Source: an uncultured Chloroflexia bacterium (lineage in GTDB: Bacteria; Chloroflexota; Limnocylindria; Limnocylindrales; CSP1-4). Taken from it: a DNA stretch of 64,000 bases. Numbering within the stretch: position 1 is the stretch's first letter; each line of letters begins with the position of its first letter. Position numbers and translations under genes: made by a program. The notes below the pieces were generated by a model that worked only from the letters and a program-made list of their open reading frames with translations, was not told the origin of the DNA and searched no databases. This document shows, one piece after another, positions 49,628 through 57,209 of this stretch. The stretch spans positions 60,488-124,487 of the forward strand of contig CAVVCZ010000007.1 in assembly GCA_963746845.1 (NCBI GenBank). Reading direction: 5' to 3'.

Positions 49628-50257
49628 ATGCGCGAGATCAAGGACGACATCCTCCGGATGGGCTCCTATGTGGAGGAGGCGATTCGAGCCGCGATGGCCG
49701 CCCTCGTTGCGCACGACGCGGCGTCCGCGACGGCCGTCATCGTCGCCGACGCGAAGATCAATGAGATGCAACGGGAAGTCACGGGCCTGATCACCCGGAC
49801 GATCGCGATGCAGTCGCCCGTCGCGCGCGATCTCCGGTTCCTGCTCGCGCTCGACCACGTCAGCTACGAGCTCGAGCGGATGGGCGACCACGCCGCTTCT
49901 GTCGCGAAGCAGGTCCGCAAGCTCGCCCCCTACCCGCCCCTGAAGCGCTATGTCGACCTCCCGGCAATGGGCGACCTCGCCGCGACGCTCGTCGGCAACA
50001 TCCTCCTGGCGCTGGTCGACGTCGATGTCGATGCGGCACGGCGCGTCGCGGCGCGCGACGACGAGATCGACGACCTCTACCACAGGACCTTCGCCGAGGT
50101 CGTCGAGCTGATGCGGGCGGACCCGGACAACGTCGAACGCGGCACCCGGATCCTGTTCGCCTCGCACTACGTCGAGCGGATCGGCGACCGGGTCACGAAC
50201 ATCGCCGAGGACGTGGTCTTCCTCGCGAGCGGCGAGATCGAGGACCTCAATCCATGA
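49628..50257 (+). CDS. phoU: phosphate signalling complex protein PhoU (5' end uncertain)
   Basis: Two PhoU repeats (PVARDLRFLLALDHVSYELERMGDHAASVAK and HYVERIGDRVTNIAEDVVF). In-frame homology extends about 10 codons upstream of the first ATG (...EAHPPRPSLDLDMREIKDDILRMG) with no canonical start, so the true start may lie upstream or be affected by another indel. Confidence 0.75.
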   Translation: MREIKDDILRMGSYVEEAIRAAMAALVAHDAASATAVIVADAKINEMQREVTGLITRTIAMQSPVARDLRFLLALDHVSYELERMGDHAASVAKQVRKLAPYPPLKRYVDLPAMGDLAATLVGNILLALVDVDVDAARRVAARDDEIDDLYHRTFAEVVELMRADPDNVERGTRILFASHYVERIGDRVTNIAEDVVFLASGEIEDLNP

Positions 50258-50700
50258 CGGAACCGACCAGGGTCCTGTTCGTCTCGACCGGCGGTGCCTG
50301 CCGGGCGATCTTCGCCCAGGCCCTCCTCCGGCACGTCGGCGGCGGGGCCTTCGACGCCTGGGCGTGCGGGACCGATCCGGCCCCGATCGATCCGCTGACG
50401 ATCCAGGTCCTCCAGGAGGCCGGGATCGACGGTTCCGGGCTCGAGCCGAGGGCCCTGAGCGAGGTGCTCGGCAAGCCGTTCGACTACGTCATCACGGTCT
50501 GCGACGACGCCCGGCTCGCCTGTCCGGTCTTCCCCGGCGCCGACCACTCGATGCATTGGGGCTACCCGAGTCCGGCGAAGGTCCAGGACCCCGCGGAGCG
50601 CAGGGCGGCGTTCGAGCGCGTCTTCATCCTCCTCGGCGAGCGGATTCGCCAGTTCGTTCTGCTCACCGAGCGGATCCAGCCCGCGGCCGCGGCGCACTAG
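50254..50700 (+). CDS. LMW-PTP/ArsC-fold protein with Ser in place of the nucleophilic Cys (variant paralogue)
   Basis: P-loop reads VSTGGACRAI instead of CTGNSCRS. The distal Cys pair of Trx-coupled ArsC (ITVCDDARLACPVFPG) is retained. Start overlaps the phoU stop. Confidence 0.55.
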   Translation: MTEPTRVLFVSTGGACRAIFAQALLRHVGGGAFDAWACGTDPAPIDPLTIQVLQEAGIDGSGLEPRALSEVLGKPFDYVITVCDDARLACPVFPGADHSMHWGYPSPAKVQDPAERRAAFERVFILLGERIRQFVLLTERIQPAAAAH

Positions 50701-50703
50701 GCG

Positions 50704-51144
50704 ATGGGGCCGGTCGCCGCCGATCCGGTCCGGATCCTCGTCCTCTGCACCGGGAACTCGTGCCGGTCGATCCTCGCCGAGGCGCTGTTCCGCGAGCTCG
50801 GCGGGGCCCGGGTCGCGGTGGAGTCGGCGGGAAGCCATCCCGCCGGCCGCGTCGACCCGCGCACGATCCGCGTCCTCGATGAGGCGGGCATCGATCACGC
50901 CTGGGCCCGATCGAAGTCGATGACCGAGCTCTTCGACCGGCCGTTCGACCATGTGATCACCGTCTGCGACGACGCAGCCGAGGCATGCCCCGTCTTTCCG
51001 GGCCCGGCCGTGCGGACCCACTGGAGCATCCCCGATCCCGTCGACGCCACCGGGAGCGACGAGGAGCAGCTCGCCGTCTACCGCGCGACGATGGCCGATC
51101 TACGCGAGCGGATCACCGCGTTCGTCGCTACCCTCGACACGTGA
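50704..51144 (+). CDS. arsC: arsenate reductase, LMW-PTP family (thioredoxin-coupled type)
   Basis: Canonical P-loop LVLCTGNSCRSILAEA plus the second and third Cys (ITVCDDAAEACPVFPG). Confidence 0.75.
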   Translation: MGPVAADPVRILVLCTGNSCRSILAEALFRELGGARVAVESAGSHPAGRVDPRTIRVLDEAGIDHAWARSKSMTELFDRPFDHVITVCDDAAEACPVFPGPAVRTHWSIPDPVDATGSDEEQLAVYRATMADLRERITAFVATLDT

Positions 51145-51641
51145 GCTCCGATACGCTCCAGCTGTACCTCCTTCGCCACGCCGACGCGGGCGATTCGGCG
51201 GCGTGGGATGGCGACGACGCCCATCGGCCGCTCAGCCCGAAGGGCGAGGCCCAGGCCGAGCGCCTCGCGACGTTCCTGCACGGGATCCGGTTCTCGACCG
51301 ACGCCCTGATCACGTCGCCCAAGGTGCGGGCGCTGCGCACCGCGGAGATCGTCGCCGACGGTCTCGGCGCGACGGTTCGGGTGGACGATCGCCTGGGGCT
51401 GCCGTACGAGCTGGCCACGATCGACGAGATCCTCGCCGATGCCGGATCGCCTGAGCGGCCCGTGCTGTCAGGCCACGACCCGGAGTTCAGCCACGTGCTG
51501 TCGGTCCTGGCCGGCGCCGGTGACCTGATCATGAAGAAGGGCGCGTTCGCGCGAATTGACGTCCGCGGCCGGGTCGCCGACGGGCGCGGCACGCTGCGCT
51601 GGCTGATCCCACCGGACCTGCTGAATCGGGACCGCCGCTGA
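51141..51641 (+). CDS. sixA: histidine phosphatase family protein (SixA-like phosphohistidine phosphatase)
   Basis: GTG overlapping the arsC stop. RHA motif LYLLRHADAG with a following His region. 166 aa. Confidence 0.65.
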   Translation: MSSDTLQLYLLRHADAGDSAAWDGDDAHRPLSPKGEAQAERLATFLHGIRFSTDALITSPKVRALRTAEIVADGLGATVRVDDRLGLPYELATIDEILADAGSPERPVLSGHDPEFSHVLSVLAGAGDLIMKKGAFARIDVRGRVADGRGTLRWLIPPDLLNRDRR

Positions 51642-51971
51642 GGGTCGACCGGACTCGACGGATGTCCATGCCGCCGTGAACCCGCGTCCATGTCCCGCGC
51701 CACCCCTCGGGACGACGATGGCCCCACCAGTTGCCATTCGCCCAGAGGATCGTGACCGTCATGCAGCCACTCGCCGCCTACTACGTCTTCCTCGCGAACG
51801 AGGAGGCCCGCCAGGCCGACGCTCGTCCGCATTACCGCACCCAGACGCCGCGCCGCTCGACCCGATCCCGGTTCAGCGCCGCCGTCGCCACCCTCGCCCG
51901 GCCCGTTCGCCGGAGCGCGGGATCACCCGCCTGACCGCCCCTCCGATCCGCCGGCCTGATCCGTTCCGCGG

Positions 51972-53227
51972 TCAGCCGGCTCCCGTCGGGACGACGAGCG
52001 GCTCGTCGTCCTCCGCGTCGATCGGGAACGGCAGCGCGATCGGATCGGTCGCCAGCCGGCTCCGGCCGGCGGCATCGAACCGATCGAGGCCGAGATCGCC
52101 GACGTCGACGACGTCCGTCGATCCGGTCATAGCCAGGTCCGCGGCGACGCGCGCCACGCCCGGTCCCCACATCATCCCGTGACCGCCCGCCGAGGCGATC
52201 GTCACGCCCGAGATCCGCTCGCCGGCCGCCGACAGGCCCGGCCCGAGGATCGGCAGATGGTCGGGCGTGAAGTCGATCGTCGCGGCCCAGATCTTCCGGA
52301 GGCCGAGCCCGCGGGTCACCGGCACGAACCCCGCCAGGCGATCGCGCATCGCCTCGTACATCGCCCAGTCGATGGCGCGGGCCTCGCCGGGCCGATCGCT
52401 CGGGTCGCTCCAGCCGAACAGCAGCCCGCCCTCCTCGAGGCGCCAGTACAGGCCCGCCCCGATGTCGAACACCATCGGCTGGCGCTCGACGGCGAACGCC
52501 TCGTGCGGCTGCGAGGACCGCGACCGTGTGGCGGACGGCGCCCGCCGGGATCCGGATGCCCGCCAGCCGGCCGACGGCTCGCAGCCCGGGACCGCCGGTG
52601 AGCAGCACCCGCTCCGCCGCGATCGGTCCGTGGTCCGTCACGACCCCGACGACCCGTGACCCGCCACCGGGGAGCGGCTCCGTCCGGAGACCCGTGAACG
52701 CGGTGTGCTCGCGCAGCTCGACGTCGGCGCGGTCCATCGCGAGCGAGTAGGCGCGGACGTTGCGGGGCGGGTCGATGTGGCCGTCCGTCGCGAGGTAGCT
52801 GCCGCCGCGATGCCCGTCCGGGCTCAGGGTGGGGTTCAGGGCGACGGCCTCGGACGGCGAGACCCAGCGGACGTCGAGGCCGGCCGCTCCGCTGCATCGC
52901 GACGCGCTCGCGACCGGACCGCTCGTCCTCGTCGGTGACCGCGAGGATCAGGTAGCCGAGCTCGCGGAAGCCGCTGTCGGTGCCGAACGTCGCCGACTGA
53001 CGACGGTAGAAGTCGATCGACCAGCGGCCGAGGGCGACGGTTGTCGGCGTCCCGCCCTGGGCCCGGACGATCCCCGCCGCGCGGCTGCTCGCGCCCTGGC
53101 CCGGCGATCGCCGCGCTCGACGACGACGACCCGCCCGGCGCCGTCCATCGCGGCGAAGGTGCTCGCCCAGCCGCCGATCGTGCCCGCGCCGACGACGACG
53201 AGATCCGCGCGTTCCGTGCTGCTCACG
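51972..53227 (-). pseudogene. DAO-family FAD-dependent oxidoreductase (glycine/sarcosine-oxidase-like) with at least 2 frame breaks
   Basis: N-terminus VSSTERADLVVVGAGTIGGWASTFAAMDGAGRVVVVERGD in one frame, the middle part (...DVELREHTAFTGL...VVGVVTDHGPIAAERVLLTGGPG) in a second, and the C-terminus (...IASAGGHGMMWGPGVARVAADLAMTGS...) in a third. Confidence 0.6.
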
Positions 53228-53982
53228 TCGGGAGGATAGGCCGGGGCCGGGCGCCGCCGGTCGGCGCGTCGCGATGGTCGGGCCGGGTGAGCCGTCGAGG
53301 ACCGATCAGCCGTCGAGGGCCGCGGCCTCGCGCAGATCGCGACGACGCCGAGACGCTCGAAGCGCCGGTAGGTCGCCCGGCGGCGGACGGTCCAGGTCGC
53401 GACCTCCAGGCCCGCGTCGCGGGCGCGCCCGATCCCGGCCGGATCGAGCGCGTGCCACTCGATCGAGACGCCGCGGCACCCCAGGTCGACGGCACGGCCG
53501 ATCGTGTGCGGCGAGGCGTCACGAGAGTTGAGCCAGCGCGGCCAGGTCGGCGCCCAGTCCGCGATCCGCGCGAGCGTGGCGTCCCAGAAGGACGACACGA
53601 CGGCTCGCTCGAGACCCGGACCACGGCCGGCGACGATCGTCTCGAACGCGCCGCGTCCGGGGTCACCCTTCAGCTCGATGTCGAGGAACGCTCGGCGCGG
53701 GGCAGTCGCGAGGACCTGCTCCAGGCTCGGCACCCCGAGCCGCTCCAGCTCGTCGGCCGTCAGGTCGGCCACGCGGTCATGCAACCCATGGACCCGTAAC
53801 AGCGTGTCATCGTGGTAACAGACGGCCACGCCATCGCGGGACGCCCGCACGTCGAACTCCAGGCCGTCACAGCCCGGAACGTCCAGGGCGGCCAGGAACG
53901 CGGCGATCGTGTTCTCGGGGGCGCGTCGCCAATCGCCGCGATGGGCGAGCCGGAGCGCCCGCGGCGACAGGGGCTCGATCAT
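53228..53982 (-). CDS. glycerophosphodiester phosphodiesterase (GDPD family); 3' end unclear (no in-frame stop before the DAO-like N-terminus)
   Basis: ATG at 53980-53982 (overlaps the stop of the upstream EEP gene). GDPD motifs LAHRGDWRRAPENTIAAF and DGLEFDVRASRDGVAVCYHDDTL. After about 220 residues the frame becomes Arg-rich with rare codons and runs without a stop into the DAO-like GxGxxG segment. Confidence 0.65.
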
Positions 53983-54728
53983 CCGCCCACCGAGAGCCGG
54001 GCGGACAGCCCGAAGTGGTCGGACGGATAGAGCGTCGGATCGCCGACCGCCGGCCGATCGAACGCCAGCCGGCAACGCTCCACCCGGACCGGGCCGCGGA
54101 CCCAGATGTAGTCGAGGCAGCCGTCGAACCCGTCGTCGTCCTTGGCCGGCGCATCGAGGCCTGACGGCCACGTGACGGGGGGCTCGAACCCGTTCGCCTC
54201 GAGGTGGGCGGAGCGGAACCCGGCGTCGGTCATCCGCGCGTAGGTCGGCTCGTCCGGCTCGGCGTTGAAGTCACCGACGACGATCAGCGCGTCGGTTCCA
54301 TGCGCCGTGTCGAGCCACTCGATCAGCTGGCGCGCCTGGTCGTCCCGGTGGGCCTCGTGGGCCGTGACGTGGTGGAGATGGGTCACGACCATCCGGACCG
54401 CCTGGCCGCCGGCAAGCCGCACCGTGGTTCGGAGGGCGGAGCGGGCGATCCCGAGGTCCAGACGCTCGGGTTCGGCGGCCGCGAGTGGCTGACGGATCAG
54501 AAGCGCGTTCCCGTATTCCGGTCGCCCGGCCCACGCCCGGACGCTCTCATAGCGACCCTCGCCGGCCGCCCCGATCAGGCGGTCCTGCTGGAGCGGGTAG
54601 ACAACCTCCTGGAGCCCCAGCAGGTCGGGCTGGAGTGCGGCCATGTCGGCGAGGAGCAGTGGCAGGCGCTCGTCCCAGCGGTCGGCCAGGTTCCGGATGT
54701 TCAGGGTCGCGACGTGGACGGATTCCAT
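53979..54728 (-). CDS. endonuclease/exonuclease/phosphatase (EEP) family protein
   Basis: 249 aa. EEP signatures (ATLNIRN..., LLGLQEV, VVGDFN, SDHFGL). Confidence 0.75.
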   Translation of the reverse strand: MESVHVATLNIRNLADRWDERLPLLLADMAALQPDLLGLQEVVYPLQQDRLIGAAGEGRYESVRAWAGRPEYGNALLIRQPLAAAEPERLDLGIARSALRTTVRLAGGQAVRMVVTHLHHVTAHEAHRDDQARQLIEWLDTAHGTDALIVVGDFNAEPDEPTYARMTDAGFRSAHLEANGFEPPVTWPSGLDAPAKDDDGFDGCLDYIWVRGPVRVERCRLAFDRPAVGDPTLYPSDHFGLSARLSVGG

Positions 54729-54772
54729 GGGTGCAGTGTGCCGTGCGGGCGACGGATCGTCCGCGGCGCGCG

Positions 54773-56182
54773 TCAGCTGGCGCCGATCGGCGACGCCGCT
54801 CGCGACGACACGGGAAGGGCGAAGGTGAACGTCGAGCCTCGACCCTCCTCGGACTCGACCCAGATCCGGCCGCCGTGCTGCTGGATGACGTGGCGGGCGA
54901 TCGCCAGCCCGAGACCCGTCCCGCCGCCGCGCACGCGCACCCGATCGACCTTGTAGAAGCGCTCGAAGATCCGGTCCTGGTCGCTCGTCGGGATCCCGAC
55001 ACCATGGTCTTCGACGGAGAGCGTGATCTCGTCGCCGTCGTTGCGCACCGTGACGCGGACCTCGTCGGGCGTCCCGTCGCCCCGATCCGATCGAACCGTC
55101 ATGGGCTCGTCGTCTTCGAGGCCGCCCGGGCGGCCGAACTTCAGCGCGTTGTGGACCAGGTTGACCACGACCTGACCGAGACGCGCCTCGTCGCCGCGCA
55201 GCGCCGGCACGCGTGGCGGCACGTCGACGACCAGCCGCAGGCCCTGTCGATCCGCGAACACGCGGAGACGGTCGGCGGCCTCGATCGCGACCCGCCCGAG
55301 GTCGACCTCCTCCAGCAGGAGCGGCCCGCCGCCCTCGATCCGGGCGAGATCCAGCAGCTCGTTGACCATCTGGACGAGGTGCCCGGTCTCGACCTCGATC
55401 TTCCCGATCCGGTCGCGCATCTTCGGTGGGACGCCGTCACCTGCCGCCTCGGCCTCCCGGACGAGCGTCTCGGCGAGAAGGCTGACCGTGGACAGCGGCG
55501 TCCGCAGCTCGTGGGACAGGTTGTCGACGAACTCGGTGCGGATCTGCTGGAGCCGCCGGAGCTCCGATACGTCCTCGAGGACGACCCACACCCCGAGCGT
55601 CGGCGAGTGACGTGCACGGATCACGAGGATCGGTCCGTCCGGCCCCGGCAACCGGTACTCGCCGGACGATCCGCCGGTTCGCCCGGCGATGGCGATCAGA
55701 TCCTCGACCCGGGCGTCGACGAACGCCTCCAGCGCGGTCCTGCCTCGGAGCGAGCGGGGCGGGCGCCGCAGGAGCGCATGCGCTGCGGCATTCGCCAGAT
55801 CGATTCGGCCCGATTCATCGAAGCGGAGGATGCCGACGCCCATCAGGTCGGCCAGGTACGACGCATTGCGGACCTGCTGATCGAGCTCGAACTCCGACGC
55901 GGCCAGGCGATCGCGTAGACGGCGCGCGAGCGTCGGCAGATCGGCCTCCGCATCACCGTCGACGGGAGCCGGAACCAGAGAGCGTCCTGCGGCGACCGGC
56001 TCGCTGGCGTTGGAGACCGGGATGGCGCGTGTGGTCGTTCCACCGGCCCGGACCAGAGCGTCGCGTGCGGCCCTGATCTGGCGGCCCCGATCCAGTGCGA
56101 CCCCGACCGCGATCGCAAGGGCGATCCCGAGGAGGGCGACGAGGGCGACGGCGATCCCATCCATGCCGCCCGAGCATCGCAC
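54773..56182 (-). CDS. sensor histidine kinase with PAS domain (SenX3-like architecture); no adjacent response regulator
   Basis: N-terminal TM, PAS-like region, H-box FVDNLSHELRTPL, and a C-terminal HATPase_c domain (conserved Asn, NxxxNAxK, in VVNLVHNALKFG; G1/G2 box region in DHGVGIPTSDQDRIFERFYKV...GGTGLGLAIA). GTG start at 56180-56182; the inner ATG at 56162-56164 is an alternative. Confidence 0.8.
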   Translation of the reverse strand: MRCSGGMDGIAVALVALLGIALAIAVGVALDRGRQIRAARDALVRAGGTTTRAIPVSNASEPVAAGRSLVPAPVDGDAEADLPTLARRLRDRLAASEFELDQQVRNASYLADLMGVGILRFDESGRIDLANAAAHALLRRPPRSLRGRTALEAFVDARVEDLIAIAGRTGGSSGEYRLPGPDGPILVIRARHSPTLGVWVVLEDVSELRRLQQIRTEFVDNLSHELRTPLSTVSLLAETLVREAEAAGDGVPPKMRDRIGKIEVETGHLVQMVNELLDLARIEGGGPLLLEEVDLGRVAIEAADRLRVFADRQGLRLVVDVPPRVPALRGDEARLGQVVVNLVHNALKFGRPGGLEDDEPMTVRSDRGDGTPDEVRVTVRNDGDEITLSVEDHGVGIPTSDQDRIFERFYKVDRVRVRGGGTGLGLAIARHVIQQHGGRIWVESEEGRGSTFTFALPVSSRAASPIGAS

Positions 56183-56216
56183 ACGCGGCGACCGTCGGCC
56201 GCCGCGTGGCGTCCCG

Positions 56217-57209
56217 CTAAGGCGTCAGCCAGACCCGGTAGTCGCGGATCGACTGGGGCGAGCCGTCCTTCTCGGACGGGTCGTAGACGTGGAGGGTCCC
56301 GTACTGCGCCTTTGAGACCGTGTAGGCGATCGACGTGTCGAACGTGCCGCGGCAGCCGCTGCCGCACGTCGCCATCACCGGCTTGTCGGCGATCGCCTTG
56401 CCGGACCCGTCGAGGATCGAGATCCGGAACTGCGCCTCGAACACGTCCGCCGACCCGGTGACGTGCGCGGGGTTCCCGATCGCCGCGTTCCACGCGGGCC
56501 GGTCGACCCAGATCGCCGGGAGGAGCGAGACGAAGTCGGCCCGCCCGAGCGCCTTGGCCGGGGCAACACCCTCGACCTGGATCGCGACGGACTTCACCGT
56601 CGGGAACTGGGTGAGCGTGTAGACGACCTGGCCCGCACGGGTCTGGACGCCGCTCGCGTCGCCCCCGGCCGCGAACTCGCTCGAGAGGTTGACGGTCGCG
56701 ACTCCGCTCGCGATCGACAGGCCGAGGAGCTGCGTCCCCGACGGCACGGCCGTCGAGATCGAGTTCCGGGTCTCCATCGCGGTGGGTCCGGCCAGCAGGG
56801 CGTTCAGGGCTGCCGTCGCGACGGCCTTCGTCGAAGGCACCTCACGGAGCGTCGCCACGAGTCCCGCGCTGCCCTCGCCGCCACCGAGCCAGAAGTAGGT
56901 GCGGAGGATCGTGGTCCCACCCGGTGCGGGCGTTGGAGACGGGGTGGCGAACGGCGTCGATGGCTCGGTCGTCGGCTGACCGGTCGGCTCGCTCGATGGG
57001 GTCTCGCTCTGGCTCGGCGACGGGGCCGGCGTGACGTCCGGGCTGCCGAGCGCGACCGACGGCTCGGGCGAGGCCGAGACCACCGGCACGGAGCCGAGCG
57101 GGCCGCTGCCGCCGCACGCGACGGCGAGTGCCGCGATCACGAGAAGGACGAGGATGGTGGGCGCTGAGCGTCGGGTCGTCATCGGGATGGCCCTCGGATA
57201 CGGGTTCAT
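56217..57209 (-). CDS. GerMN-domain lipoprotein (short LpqB-like)
   Basis: Signal plus lipobox (LAVACGGSG), Pro/Ser/Thr-rich linker, GerMN-type domain. Immediately downstream of the mtrB-like kinase with start/stop overlap. Confidence 0.65.
   Translation of the reverse strand: MNPYPRAIPMTTRRSAPTILVLLVIAALAVACGGSGPLGSVPVVSASPEPSVALGSPDVTPAPSPSQSETPSSEPTGQPTTEPSTPFATPSPTPAPGGTTILRTYFWLGGGEGSAGLVATLREVPSTKAVATAALNALLAGPTAMETRNSISTAVPSGTQLLGLSIASGVATVNLSSEFAAGGDASGVQTRAGQVVYTLTQFPTVKSVAIQVEGVAPAKALGRADFVSLLPAIWVDRPAWNAAIGNPAHVTGSADVFEAQFRISILDGSGKAIADKPVMATCGSGCRGTFDTSIAYTVSKAQYGTLHVYDPSEKDGSPQSIRDYRVWLTP

Noticed and set aside
51731-51934. 67-aa ORF in the sixA/DAO convergent intergenic region
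   Set aside because: No RBS, Arg/Ser-rich C-terminal half, and it lies in a convergent terminator-type spacer. It is most likely non-coding, although a small protein cannot be excluded.
51990-52015. Perfect 10-bp inverted repeat GACGACGAGC-G-GCTCGTCGTC resembling a terminator stem
   Set aside because: It lies inside the coding sequence of the DAO-like C-terminus (encoding ...IDAEDDEPLVV...). It is probably a by-product of acidic-repeat codons rather than a terminator for the convergent sixA.
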